From the sequence record KT919973.1: DNA of 64,000 bases. One strand, given 5' to 3'. A model generated the notes under the pieces. That model did not search any database. It was not told the origin of the DNA and saw only the letters and a list, made by a program, of their open reading frames with translations. Position numbers and translations under genes: made by a program. This document shows positions 1-9,653 of the stretch, piece after piece (the stretch's first letter is position 1; every line of letters starts with the position of its first letter).

Positions 1-113
1 CCTCAGATTGAACTTCCTGAATTTGAAACGTTGTCACAGTTGTTAACTAAACGCGCAAGTGATTTTCGCGTATATGACTATGACCCATACCCAACCCTAA
101 AAGGTAAAATGTC

Positions 114-308
114 GTGATTAGTAAAACAGATTATTTTGAACTGAAAACAGGTACGCCGATCATTGTAATTGAGCGAATTGACACAATCGACGGTGAGCTT
201 ATCAAACTTCCGTACAGCAAAGTTGTTGCAGCTAACGACCCGCTCATCGGCGATTCGCTAACTGACGGCAAGATTCACTATCTTTTTGACTTTGAAATTG
301 GTGAGTAA
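114..308 (+). CDS. hypothetical protein
   Basis: 64 aa ORF with GTG start in a co-oriented gene string. Confidence 0.5.
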   Translation: MISKTDYFELKTGTPIIVIERIDTIDGELIKLPYSKVVAANDPLIGDSLTDGKIHYLFDFEIGE

Positions 309-516
309 CATGAACTTAGGTGAGTTCGTAACGGGGTTGTTGACATTGATTGCGTTCGGTATCGTCGCAATGTTGGTTATTCTCGGATTGTCAGTTGGCG
401 GGCTTATCTTCGGTGCATGGCTCATCATTTCGGGTCATACAGTCGCTGGGTGGGTTGTATTGTTCATCTCGGCGATTGTTTTCGCTTTAATAGGCACAAT
501 AATGAGGAATTTGTAA
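286..516 (+). CDS. hypothetical membrane protein
   Basis: almost entirely hydrophobic, 2-3 predicted TM helices. Confidence 0.6.
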   Translation: MTLKLVSNMNLGEFVTGLLTLIAFGIVAMLVILGLSVGGLIFGAWLIISGHTVAGWVVLFISAIVFALIGTIMRNL

Positions 517-806
517 TGGCGTTACATATTTACGTAGAAGTTGACACCAATGATGGTGATTACGTTGGCGATTTGAAACCGGCATCGAGTGAAGAAGTTG
601 AGCGATTTGAAACGCTCGTACATCTTTCTGGTGATTCTCTGGCGAGTTGGACAGAAGGCGAATGTCAAGAGCGTCCGAACTCAGAAGTATACCCTGAGTT
701 CAGTGAAGATGATATTCAGTTCATTTCTGAACAAATGCCTTACTGTGAATACGGATTTCACACTGTTGAAAAAATTCAAATTGTTGATGTGTTGAATACT
801 CTATGA
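516..806 (+). CDS. hypothetical acidic protein
   Basis: ATG at 516 overlaps the upstream stop (TAATG) and follows GAGG; start trimmed from ORF 417..806. Confidence 0.65.
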   Translation: MALHIYVEVDTNDGDYVGDLKPASSEEVERFETLVHLSGDSLASWTEGECQERPNSEVYPEFSEDDIQFISEQMPYCEYGFHTVEKIQIVDVLNTL

Positions 807-1120
807 TCAATGAAATTCTAGCTTCAAGTAAGCGAATCGACAACGGTCGAACAGTAAAAGACGTTCACATGAGCGTTGTTGAAGAAGTAGGCGAACTAGC
901 AACTGAAGTTCGCGTCAAGTACGGTACGTCGTACAAAAACGCTGACGTTGACGGGATTCTAGGTGAATCGGTTGATGGTATTCTGTGTCTAATTGACCTA
1001 ATTTACGTCGATAACCCGAACATCACTGAAGCTGAAATCATGAACGTTGTTCGTAACAAGCTCGCTAAATGGGAGCGAAAGGAAAACGAACACAAAGCAA
1101 AAACTGAAAAAAAATGGTGA
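803..1120 (+). CDS. MazG-like nucleotide pyrophosphohydrolase
   Basis: VVEEVGELA...GESVD all-alpha NTP-PPase EExxE/ExxD motifs. Confidence 0.75.
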   Translation: MINEILASSKRIDNGRTVKDVHMSVVEEVGELATEVRVKYGTSYKNADVDGILGESVDGILCLIDLIYVDNPNITEAEIMNVVRNKLAKWERKENEHKAKTEKKW

Positions 1121-1126
1121 AAATAA

Positions 1127-1423
1127 ATGACAAATCGTTATACATTTGAAGAAATTCTTGGTGAAGACTACGACGACAAAGACTATCTTGACTTTCTACT
1201 AGATGGTTATGGTGACTTCCCTGGTGTGAAGTTCATCGACCAAGACGGCGGTGGTGAAGGTGGTTCTGAGTACTGCTACACGATTCTTGAAAAAGACGGT
1301 CGTTACTTCAAGACTGAATACAGCTACTACAGCTACCACGGTTACGACAACTACGGGGACCACTTCGTTGAAGTTTACCCAAAGCAAGTTACAATCACCC
1401 AATACGTGAGCACTCCTCAGTAA
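1127..1423 (+). CDS. hypothetical Tyr/Asp-rich phage protein
   Basis: 98 aa ORF translationally coupled to the next gene. Confidence 0.7.
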   Translation: MTNRYTFEEILGEDYDDKDYLDFLLDGYGDFPGVKFIDQDGGGEGGSEYCYTILEKDGRYFKTEYSYYSYHGYDNYGDHFVEVYPKQVTITQYVSTPQ

Positions 1424-2184
1424 TGCGTATTGTTGTCGGGTCAACTGCGTTACATCATAATGGTATTCGACTGCGTAAGACCATTAAAGATCTAGATGTA
1501 TTCGTAGACTCGCCCGACTCGGCTAACGACGGGGATGATTTTATTGTCATGCCCGTCGATATATTGCAGATGTTCGACGGTGATATAGCAACTGCTGACG
1601 AAATCTACACGATAAAATGCAGTCATCTTGGTTGGGATGAGCATAAAGTCGGGTACAGTCAGTTTGGTGGTTCGACATTGTGGGACAAGCACAAGCGTGA
1701 TGTTATGGCGCTATCGCGATTCTGCAAAATCAAGCCTGAGCTATACGCAGCGTTGACAAATCATTGGCGAAAAGAGCTTGGCAATAAAGATTATCTGTGT
1801 TTGAACAAAGACGCAGACGACTTCTTTAATGACAAAGTTCGATACGTGTATGAACATGATGAGCTTCATCGAATGGTCGCAGCACCTAACCGCCCGTTGT
1901 ATGAGAAAATTCTCAAAGACGGCTGTGATGTTTTAGTCAGTAAAGAGAAGTTCGAACAATTGTCGTTCGAAGACAAGATCAATTTATTCCACGAAGAAAT
2001 TTCGGTAATCGCAATTGAACGATACATTGTTCACGGAATGATGCCGTTGAATGCGTGGAATCATGCGTTGAAGAAGACAATTACACGGCTTACTAAGAAT
2101 TGGGCATGTGATTTCATTTGTGCAAACATGAGTCATTACATGAAGCCGAAATATAATTTGAATATTCTTGAAGAAAAGGGTTGA
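1423..2184 (+). CDS. putative pol-beta-fold nucleotidyltransferase
   Basis: N-terminal VVGSTAL-x10-KDLDVF fits hG[GS]x9-13Dh[DE]h. Confidence 0.55.
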   Translation: MRIVVGSTALHHNGIRLRKTIKDLDVFVDSPDSANDGDDFIVMPVDILQMFDGDIATADEIYTIKCSHLGWDEHKVGYSQFGGSTLWDKHKRDVMALSRFCKIKPELYAALTNHWRKELGNKDYLCLNKDADDFFNDKVRYVYEHDELHRMVAAPNRPLYEKILKDGCDVLVSKEKFEQLSFEDKINLFHEEISVIAIERYIVHGMMPLNAWNHALKKTITRLTKNWACDFICANMSHYMKPKYNLNILEEKG

Positions 2185-2210
2185 CTGCGGTCAGCCCTTT
2201 TGTGTATTAT
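2178..2210 (+). promoter_or_regulatory. early sigma70 promoter with -35 inside a terminator hairpin
   Basis: GGGTTGAC-TGCG-GTCAGCCC-TTTT hairpin; TTGACT-N18-TATTAT. Confidence 0.75.
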
Positions 2211-2254
2211 AGCTACATCAACACGATGTTGACCTAAAACAAAGAGAGAACATT

Positions 2255-2584
2255 ATGACTGACCAAACTAAATTCGACATCAAATTTGCTGAAATCAAAG
2301 TCGTTTATTCTATGCGTGCAGAACACCAAAAAGTAGCAATGCGCCTTGAAGATGGTACAATCATGCTGCATGAAGTGCTTTTCATGGATTCGAAAGGTTC
2401 ATATTGTGAAAGTCGCAAACTGTGGAGCACTACAGTTGAAAAGAAATGTGCATGGCCAGGTTATGAGTCAGCACAGCTTATTGACAAAATCAAAGCAGCG
2501 GGTAAAGTTTCACTTAAACATTGGCGTGCTGCTTCAGAAGCAGACTACGAAAACTTTCGTCTTATCGAATCATTTGAGGGTTAA
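2255..2584 (+). CDS. hypothetical early protein
   Basis: GAGAG RBS directly after the early promoter. Confidence 0.75.
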   Translation: MTDQTKFDIKFAEIKVVYSMRAEHQKVAMRLEDGTIMLHEVLFMDSKGSYCESRKLWSTTVEKKCAWPGYESAQLIDKIKAAGKVSLKHWRAASEADYENFRLIESFEG

Positions 2585-2586
2585 TC

Positions 2587-2988
2587 ATGTCAGAATTTTA
2601 TCAAATGTGGGAAAAGAAAATCGGGCGTCTTGAAGAGATGCACAAGAAAATCTACGACATGGGTCAACTTGCTGCTGGTGATGAAGGCAAGTATATTTTC
2701 AAAACTGAAATGAAGCGTGAGCATCTATCACGCGAGATTTCACATGAAATTGACCATAAAGGTCTAGATCTACATCATCTTATGTACAAAGGTTTGCATG
2801 AGACAGCACGTGAATATCAAGGTGCAATCATGATATTCTGCAAAGAAATGCCACTCGAACAGCGTCGAGAACTTTTTGACAAGATTCGCGCAGTGTTCAA
2901 TATTGATGCTTACACAGACGAAGCATGGGAAGGCGTTCTTAAACGTTTCAAAGGTTCACTAGTAAGCCAAGGTATGATTGAGGAATAA
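2587..2988 (+). CDS. hypothetical protein
   Basis: 133 aa ORF in operon. Confidence 0.7.
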   Translation: MSEFYQMWEKKIGRLEEMHKKIYDMGQLAAGDEGKYIFKTEMKREHLSREISHEIDHKGLDLHHLMYKGLHETAREYQGAIMIFCKEMPLEQRRELFDKIRAVFNIDAYTDEAWEGVLKRFKGSLVSQGMIEE

Positions 2989-2991
2989 ATT

Positions 2992-3699
2992 ATGAGCAGC
3001 TACAACACAAAGAAAGCAGAGTGTGAAAAACGCGGTATTGCATTCAACTTCACTGAAGAACAATGGAAAACATTACAAAGCATGAAGAACGGTGGTCGTT
3101 GTGCATACACAAACCACCCGTTTAATCAAAGCAGCAAGAAAATGCGTGCGACTGTTGAGCGTATTGACGAGTCTATGCCGTATGAACCAAAGAACTGTGT
3201 TCTTGTGACTCAGCTTGCAAACAACGTAAAGTGTAACTACATCGAGCAGAATCAGCCCGTGAGTAAAGCAAATGCTGAAGAAGCTCATACACTGAAGCAG
3301 ATTCAACGTCTTCTTGCAGATGAGACGAAAGTCAAAAGCATTATTCAGTCATATCTTGATCGCTACAAAGGTGAAGTTATTGAAACACCGATGACTGATC
3401 TTGAGATCACTAAGCTATACGTGAAGTACGCGACTGAAGCACAGCGCCAAGGTAAACACTTTGAAATCACGATAGGCGACTTCAAACGTACTGTATCGCG
3501 TAAACGCTGTCAGGTTAGTAAAGTACTACTGCCGAACATGAAACAGCGCGTAGTGCGCGTTATAGACGATTCTAAGCCTATTACGTGTGACAACATTCAA
3601 GTAACTTCGCGTCAAATCGACGAAATCATGACTTCTATTGAAGAAATGGACATGACACTCGCGCAAAAACGCGCAATGATGAAATCAATTGGAGCATAA
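2992..3699 (+). CDS. srd: Srd-like putative anti-sigma/sigma decoy protein
   Basis: KRGIAFNF..CAYTNHPF..TVERID..Y..NCV resembles T4 Srd (KRRSKDFNL..CAYSGEPF..SLERFD..GY..GNV), recalled from memory. Confidence 0.6.
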   Translation: MSSYNTKKAECEKRGIAFNFTEEQWKTLQSMKNGGRCAYTNHPFNQSSKKMRATVERIDESMPYEPKNCVLVTQLANNVKCNYIEQNQPVSKANAEEAHTLKQIQRLLADETKVKSIIQSYLDRYKGEVIETPMTDLEITKLYVKYATEAQRQGKHFEITIGDFKRTVSRKRCQVSKVLLPNMKQRVVRVIDDSKPITCDNIQVTSRQIDEIMTSIEEMDMTLAQKRAMMKSIGA

Positions 3700-3700
3700 A

Positions 3701-3961
3701 ATGAGCTATTTACTATCAATGCAAAAAGGTTGTTCAACTGTCGTAACCGTGAGTGGTGTACCGTTAGTTGTAGATCACGAAACTGAGTATGTGACTGTTG
3801 ATGGAAACGGTTACGTAACGGGTTGGACTGACCGCCCGTACTTCGACGAAGAAGATCAGACATGGTCGTGTTATGAGCTTTACGGTGAAGAGTGGCATTT
3901 GGCAACTATTGCAAACCCAACGAAAGAAGCAGTCGAAACGTTGATCGAGGTATACCCATGA
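3701..3961 (+). CDS. hypothetical protein
   Basis: GGAG RBS then ATG at 3701. Confidence 0.65.
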   Translation: MSYLLSMQKGCSTVVTVSGVPLVVDHETEYVTVDGNGYVTGWTDRPYFDEEDQTWSCYELYGEEWHLATIANPTKEAVETLIEVYP

Positions 3962-4326
3962 GTTGTAATTTAATGGAACGCCTCGCTGATGAATATCGAA
4001 AATCAGACGTGTATGACCCTGATTTGCACTGTGATATTTTTGCTATCCCTGTTCAAGAAGACGGCGAAATGGATTCGATATACATCAAAGAAGCATTGTA
4101 TGGTGTATATAATGAGATTCGGCGCTATACTGGCATGTCGCTAGACGAAGCCAAGGAATGGTTTAAAGTTCAAGAAGTTGAAACGTGGTTTGGTGAATCA
4201 AACACTGTAAACGAAAAAGTTTATAACACGTTTTTCGTGCGTTATGATATTCCTGACGAGTTAGTTAAGCAACAATACTCTGAGTGGAAACAAGGTCCCT
4301 CGGCAACAATTAAGGAATCATTTTGA
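3958..4326 (+). CDS. hypothetical protein
   Basis: ATGA overlap with the upstream stop. Confidence 0.65.
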   Translation: MSCNLMERLADEYRKSDVYDPDLHCDIFAIPVQEDGEMDSIYIKEALYGVYNEIRRYTGMSLDEAKEWFKVQEVETWFGESNTVNEKVYNTFFVRYDIPDELVKQQYSEWKQGPSATIKESF

Positions 4327-5084
4327 GAATTTTCATTTTTAGCGGTGCTGGTCTTGATGCAGAATCAGGTATCAGTACGTTTCGAGACGCAAATGGTCTG
4401 TGGGAAAATCATGACATCATGGAAGTGTGTAACATCAACACATTTGCAAACAATTATGAAGTGACACATCGTTTCTACAATGAGCGTCGTAAACAATTAG
4501 CTGAAGTTCACCCGAATTCAGCACACTACAAAATTGCTGAACTGTGTGAAAAATACGACGTTGACAACTACACTGCGAACGTATCAGATTTACTTGAGCG
4601 TGCAGGTTGTAAAGACGTTAAGCATATTCACGGTGAGTTGACAAAGATCGTGCAAGATTACACGTCAAAAGACAGTACAGTTATTGACATCGGGTACAAT
4701 GAATACGAGTTGCGTACAGGTCGTCGTGATAAACCGGGTGTTGTGTTCTTCAATGAAGGCGCACCATTATACACTCACTTCTGGGGTGATATTGACACTC
4801 TATTGCCGACTGACATTGCAATTGTTGTTGGTTCGACGCTTGAGATTAACCCGATTCATTGGGATTTGTCTGCGACGGGCTGTAAATTCATTCTTATTAA
4901 CCCGACTGGCATTGACACTGAAAAGCATTCTGCACTAAACGAAGCGATTCGTATGTGTGACGTATTCATCAATAAGCCAGCCACTGAGGCATTCGATGAA
5001 ATTGATACGCACATTGAAGAACATATTTCACGCAATTTTCCTAATGGTCTACTTGACTATCGAGGGAATAGCGTTAATCATTAG
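4323..5084 (+). CDS. Sir2/CobB-family NAD-dependent deacylase
   Basis: FSGAGLDAESGISTFRD, HIHGEL, PGVVFF, VVGSTLEI sirtuin motifs. Confidence 0.92.
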   Translation: MRIFIFSGAGLDAESGISTFRDANGLWENHDIMEVCNINTFANNYEVTHRFYNERRKQLAEVHPNSAHYKIAELCEKYDVDNYTANVSDLLERAGCKDVKHIHGELTKIVQDYTSKDSTVIDIGYNEYELRTGRRDKPGVVFFNEGAPLYTHFWGDIDTLLPTDIAIVVGSTLEINPIHWDLSATGCKFILINPTGIDTEKHSALNEAIRMCDVFINKPATEAFDEIDTHIEEHISRNFPNGLLDYRGNSVNH

Positions 5085-5226
5085 TGGAAGTGGGGCTGTT
5101 ATGTCATTCATAGCAGCTTTTTTACTCATTCTAGATAAGTTGTATATTTTAGCAGGTTGTGCGTCTATACTAGGTGCATTGTTAACGTACTGCTATGTGA
5201 AATTGAGTGAGGAACATGATGTCTAA
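5044..5226 (+). CDS. small membrane protein
   Basis: two hydrophobic segments; overlaps both neighbouring genes. Confidence 0.45.
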   Translation: MVYLTIEGIALIISGSGAVMSFIAAFLLILDKLYILAGCASILGALLTYCYVKLSEEHDV

Positions 5227-7012
5227 AAAAGACAACTTTCAAATTTTATCAGACAAACAACACGTTCTTAAACGACCGGGTATGTACATCGGGTCAGTTG
5301 ATCGAGAAGAACATGAGCGTTTTGTCTTAGGTGATTTCAAGAAAATCGAGTACGTACCGGGTCTTGTGAAGATTATCAACGAAGTTATTGATAACTCTCT
5401 TGATGAAGCGATTCGAACTAAGTTCAAATTTGCCAATGTTATTGAAGTGAAAATCGAAGGTAATCGAATCACTATCTCAGATAACGGTCGCGGTATTCCG
5501 CAAGACAAAGTTCTAGACCCAGATGGTAAAGAGCTTCTTCGACCTGAAGCTGCATGGACACGTACTAAAGCAGGTAGTAACTTCGAAGATGACCGAACAA
5601 CTGTTGGTATGAACGGTGTTGGCGCTGCACTGACCAACTACTTCAGTCATCAATTCATTGGTAAGACGTGTGACGGTAAAAACACAGTAACAGTAAGCTG
5701 TTCTAACAATGCAGATCGTATTTTCGTTAGAACTTCGAAAGGTGGTACGAAAGGGACTTCAGTTGAATTCATCCCTGATTTTAACCGCTTTGGTGTATTT
5801 GGTATCTCCCCTCAAGACGAAGAGATCATCAAAGACCGTCTCGCGTCGTTGTCAGTCGCATTCCCTGAGATTACGTTCAAGTACAACGGGAAGAAACACG
5901 CCCCTACGCTGAAGCAATACGCAAAGATGTTTAACACAGAAGTTGCGTTTGAATTTGACAACGTTGCGCTGTTTGTCGCGCCGTCTGATGAATTCAGACA
6001 TAACAGCTTCATCAATGGTGTAAATACATCTAATGGTGGTACCCACGTAGATTACTTCATCAATAAACTTTCAGATGAATTAATCCCGATGATTAAGCGT
6101 AAGCATAAAATCAATGTACCAAAACCACAATTAAAGAATGGTTTGACACTCGGGTTGTTCATTCGTAACTTCACAGACCCTAAGTTTGACAGTCAGACAA
6201 AAGAACGTCTAACTAGTTCTCAAGGTGAAGTGTCACCATACTTGAAAGACTTAGCATATGACAAAATCGCTAAGAAGATTCTGGCAGAAGATGATATCAT
6301 CATGCCGATTATTGAAGCGTTACTTGCTAAACAACAAGCAGCCGAAGCGCGAGAACTAGCACGCAAGCAGAAGAAAGCTCAACAAGCGAAAGTTGCAGAG
6401 CATATCAAGGCTTCGCAGCCAGGTGGTACGCTGTTCTTGACTGAGGGTAAGTCAGCGATTGGTTACTTGATTAAAGTTCGTGACAGTAAAAAGCATGGTG
6501 GTATTCCGTTGCGCGGTAAAGTACTGAGCACATGGGGTAAACGCCCTGCCGAGATCATGAAAAACAAAGAGCTATGCGATATCATGTCAGTGCTGAACAT
6601 TCAGCTCGGTAATGACGACATTCGAGACATGTACTATAAAGACATTGGTATCTTAGTTGATGCGGACGTTGATGGTAAAGGTTCGATTTTCCCGTTGTTG
6701 CTTGCGTTTTTCTACAACTGGCCAGAGCTTTACAAGCAGAAGCGAATCAAGTTCGTTCGTACACCAGTAGTCATTGCATCGAAGAATAAAGAAACGAAAT
6801 GGTTTTATTCTATTGAAGAGTATCGCAAGGCGAAACTGAGTAAAACGTGGAAGATTCGTTACATTAAGGGTTTGGGTTCACTGACTGAAAAAGAATACAA
6901 AAAAGTTATTAACGAGCCAGTTTTTGATGATATTGTAATCGATGACCCAAATTGTTTTGAACTATTGTTCGGTAATGACACTGATAAACGTAAGGATTGG
7001 ATGACCCAATGA
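5216..7012 (+). CDS. 39: DNA topoisomerase II large subunit (fused gp39+gp60)
   Basis: GHKL ATPase motifs (EVIDNSLDE, DNGRGIP, GMNGVG) plus TOPRIM (TEGKSA, PLRGK, DADVDG, YIKGLGS) in one ORF. Confidence 0.97.
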   Translation: MMSKKDNFQILSDKQHVLKRPGMYIGSVDREEHERFVLGDFKKIEYVPGLVKIINEVIDNSLDEAIRTKFKFANVIEVKIEGNRITISDNGRGIPQDKVLDPDGKELLRPEAAWTRTKAGSNFEDDRTTVGMNGVGAALTNYFSHQFIGKTCDGKNTVTVSCSNNADRIFVRTSKGGTKGTSVEFIPDFNRFGVFGISPQDEEIIKDRLASLSVAFPEITFKYNGKKHAPTLKQYAKMFNTEVAFEFDNVALFVAPSDEFRHNSFINGVNTSNGGTHVDYFINKLSDELIPMIKRKHKINVPKPQLKNGLTLGLFIRNFTDPKFDSQTKERLTSSQGEVSPYLKDLAYDKIAKKILAEDDIIMPIIEALLAKQQAAEARELARKQKKAQQAKVAEHIKASQPGGTLFLTEGKSAIGYLIKVRDSKKHGGIPLRGKVLSTWGKRPAEIMKNKELCDIMSVLNIQLGNDDIRDMYYKDIGILVDADVDGKGSIFPLLLAFFYNWPELYKQKRIKFVRTPVVIASKNKETKWFYSIEEYRKAKLSKTWKIRYIKGLGSLTEKEYKKVINEPVFDDIVIDDPNCFELLFGNDTDKRKDWMTQ

Positions 7013-7239
7013 TTACAGCAAAAGAGGCAAGAGCAAAGCGGAAGAAACTTTCGCCTGCTGTTGAGAAGTCACTTGAAGAGCTAGATTTTGCAATTCAAGT
7101 CGCTTCTCCCACGAAGTCGCGAGTTGACTTCAAAACAGAAAAATTGACTGAAAGTGAGCGCGATACTATTCGTAGTATTTTGATTAGTCTCGGCTATGAT
7201 GCGTTCATTACAGGTGAGAAACTTGAGGTGATGTGGTAA
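7009..7239 (+). CDS. hypothetical protein (MxxAxEAR..LGY..W family)
   Basis: ATG overlaps the topoisomerase stop; resembles 7750 and 8139 proteins. Confidence 0.65.
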   Translation: MITAKEARAKRKKLSPAVEKSLEELDFAIQVASPTKSRVDFKTEKLTESERDTIRSILISLGYDAFITGEKLEVMW

Positions 7240-7454
7240 TGAGCAATTTCATTCGAATTCTAGAAGATATGTGTCGCGAGTTTCGCGGCGAACTGAACGA
7301 AGCAGCGACAGCCGAGGTAGATTATTACCTCGTGCAGCTTTACGTCGCTATGCTATCACTAGGTTTCGGCGTACAGATTGCGATTTACATTTTGTTTTAT
7401 GTCATTTTTTATCTACCAATGACCGTAATTGGTAAGCTACTAGGGATTAAATAA
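7233..7454 (+). CDS. hypothetical membrane protein
   Basis: hydrophobic C-terminal half. Confidence 0.6.
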   Translation: MVMSNFIRILEDMCREFRGELNEAATAEVDYYLVQLYVAMLSLGFGVQIAIYILFYVIFYLPMTVIGKLLGIK

Positions 7455-7471
7455 GAGACGGAGGTGGCATT

Positions 7472-7738
7472 ATGCTAAAGTCTTTTATTGAAATATCCCT
7501 AAACGAAATGACATACCAAGAGTTGCGTGATCTCACGATAAATGAGATTCACGCGCTCGTTAAGAAGCTGAAGAGACAGCTTCCACAAGAGTACAAGGAC
7601 ATTATCGACGAACTTGAACCAGACATGTACGAAGATCTGATTGCAGAAATCGCATATGATGGTGGTTTGAAAGGTAAGAGATTTGTAAACTTAAAAATCC
7701 CGAAGCGAATCTTAGATAGGTACGCTGACTACTTCTGA
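7472..7738 (+). CDS. hypothetical protein
   Basis: GGAGGT RBS, 88 aa. Confidence 0.7.
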   Translation: MLKSFIEISLNEMTYQELRDLTINEIHALVKKLKRQLPQEYKDIIDELEPDMYEDLIAEIAYDGGLKGKRFVNLKIPKRILDRYADYF

Positions 7739-7749
7739 GAGAAAATATT

Positions 7750-8142
7750 ATGTTTGATGCTGCTAGTATGCGGTCACGCTATAAGCCGAAGCAACCGTCC
7801 GACCGTCAGTTAAAGAAAATCGAAGAATTTCAAGATTTTCTGTATAACACTTTGAAATCAATTGATAAAATAGCTGATACAGAGCTTGAGATAAAAGTCG
7901 GTATAAAAGCTGAATTTTATGAATCAGCGGTTGCAGAGTTCGAGAAATTAGGTTATAATATCAGAGCAGTGAAGAATACATTCGATATTAAAAATCGAAT
8001 CAACCCTTACGAGCCGTCCGAAATTGGCTACTTGCAATACGAGACTCACAGTTTAGCACTTGCTTATGTGAATCGTATGTTGATGGAACACGGTTCTGAA
8101 CGCATGATATTGACTATAATTGATTGGAGACGAAAGTCATGA
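7750..8142 (+). CDS. hypothetical protein (MxxAxEAR..LGY..W family)
   Basis: 130 aa ORF in operon. Confidence 0.7.
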   Translation: MFDAASMRSRYKPKQPSDRQLKKIEEFQDFLYNTLKSIDKIADTELEIKVGIKAEFYESAVAEFEKLGYNIRAVKNTFDIKNRINPYEPSEIGYLQYETHSLALAYVNRMLMEHGSERMILTIIDWRRKS

Positions 8143-8408
8143 GCATGATTATGAAAGCAGAAGAAGCACGAGCACGCAGCATCAAAGTAATGGAAGAGAA
8201 GTTTCCCGTTGATGATCTAGAACATCTAGATGAGCGCATTGCGCAAGCAACTGATGAAATGCGCTTTGGTATTAATATCAGAATGCAAGACGAATTGCCA
8301 GGTATTGAAAGTCATAGTATGAAACGCCTATTGATTGAATATCTGCGTTTACACAACTACAACGCATTTTATGTCGATAATATTTTGGAGATTCGATGGC
8401 AAATTTAA
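8139..8408 (+). CDS. hypothetical protein (MxxAxEAR..Y..W family)
   Basis: ATGA overlap; GGAG RBS. Confidence 0.65.
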   Translation: MSMIMKAEEARARSIKVMEEKFPVDDLEHLDERIAQATDEMRFGINIRMQDELPGIESHSMKRLLIEYLRLHNYNAFYVDNILEIRWQI

Positions 8409-9124
8409 AAGTTTATTACTGTAGTGATATTCACAACGACTATCACGCAGAGAACGCGCTAGAATCGATTACAGGCGACAAAGACGCTGTATTGGTAGTA
8501 GCGGGTGACATTAACAGCAAAGGGCGCACAGTGCGCGATTTAGAAGCTGTAGCCGACCGTTGGCGCGCTGTTATCGCAGTGCCGGGAAATCACGATTGGT
8601 GGGGTCTTGCGATTCACGAGCGACATAAATTTGAAACTTCGGTTGACAATGTTCACGTCTTGCTTGAAAATACAGTTCAGATTGACGACGTGACATTCTG
8701 CGGAACTACGCTGTGGCACGAAGTCAATGACTGGTTTGAGGGTCAACGTTGGAAAGACAACATGAATGACCGTCGTAAGATTCGCGGTCCGCAATGGCGA
8801 CCTTTGTACGGTGAAGATGTACATGCACTTCATTGTAAATCAGTCAAATTTATTGAGAAATGTCGCGAGATTGAAGGTAAGAAAGTGTTAATCACACATC
8901 ACGCCCCTTCTCTGAAGAGCATTTCATCTTACTATGCGTATTCAAGTACGAATAGTTTTTATTGCACTGACCTTGACCATTTACTTGAAGGGTTCAGTTT
9001 TGCAATTCACGGTCATGTTCATCAAGAATTTGACTATCACGTAAATGGCTGTAATGTACTGTGTAACCCACGTGCATACGGCTCAGAAAACCCAGAATAT
9101 GGGCTTAGGATTTTCGACATATGA
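8396..9124 (+). CDS. calcineurin-like metallophosphoesterase
   Basis: SDIH, AGD, PGNHD, THHAP, HGHVH motifs. Confidence 0.92.
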   Translation: MANLKVYYCSDIHNDYHAENALESITGDKDAVLVVAGDINSKGRTVRDLEAVADRWRAVIAVPGNHDWWGLAIHERHKFETSVDNVHVLLENTVQIDDVTFCGTTLWHEVNDWFEGQRWKDNMNDRRKIRGPQWRPLYGEDVHALHCKSVKFIEKCREIEGKKVLITHHAPSLKSISSYYAYSSTNSFYCTDLDHLLEGFSFAIHGHVHQEFDYHVNGCNVLCNPRAYGSENPEYGLRIFDI

Positions 9125-9309
9125 CTTTTATTTTTGTTTACTTATTGATTGGTGCACTTTTGACAGTTGCGATTCAAGATACATTACACGAAACGTACCG
9201 CCAAAACGGTGGTCAAGCGAGTAAAGGCGTGGTGAATTTATTATCAACAGTCATCACGCCAGTACTAATGATTGCTCTAATCGTGATGAAATTGTTCAAA
9301 ATTAAATGA
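9121..9309 (+). CDS. small membrane protein
   Basis: two hydrophobic helices. Confidence 0.55.
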   Translation: MTFIFVYLLIGALLTVAIQDTLHETYRQNGGQASKGVVNLLSTVITPVLMIALIVMKLFKIK

Positions 9310-9349
9310 TTAAATACGTGCGTCAAATAAAACAATAAAAGGTAATACA

Positions 9350-9595
9350 ATGACGCACGATTTGAATATGCTTCTAGAGCAGTACAACCTAGCAAATTAC
9401 GAATGCGATGGTGATTTTGAAGACTATTACTGGTCGGTAGCCGAATGGATTGGTCAGACTGTATTCAGTCATGGGACAATTCGTAAACATGATATTTTAG
9501 AATTGCTATGTGATTTACTAGCAATAGATGAAGACAAAATCAACGTAGATGATGTTGATGACTTCCTTAACGAAGCGTATGAGGTAATTGAATAA
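9350..9595 (+). CDS. hypothetical acidic protein
   Basis: AAGG RBS, 81 aa. Confidence 0.65.
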   Translation: MTHDLNMLLEQYNLANYECDGDFEDYYWSVAEWIGQTVFSHGTIRKHDILELLCDLLAIDEDKINVDDVDDFLNEAYEVIE

Positions 9596-9653
9596 TGAAG
9601 AAATTTCATCGTAAGGAGTTGTTTCACTAAGTAATTTAACTTGGAGAAACAAC
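9595..9653 (+). promoter_or_regulatory. 11-codon leader ORF plus SD-occluding hairpin
   Basis: ATG at 9595 (MKKFHRKELFH*); GTTGTTTCACTAAGT pairs with ACTTGGAGAAACAAC, which contains the GGAG of gene 9655. Confidence 0.5.

Noticed and set aside
5239-6046. Antisense and alternative-frame ORFs within topoisomerase, and similar ones in 43, 45, queF and alt (e.g. 14069..14584)
   Set aside because: Fully nested in well-supported genes and without recognisable motifs.
5216-7012. Fusion of gp39 and gp60 as a novelty
   Set aside because: The fused form is the usual state in most T4-like phages; the split with ribosomal bypassing is the T4 exception.
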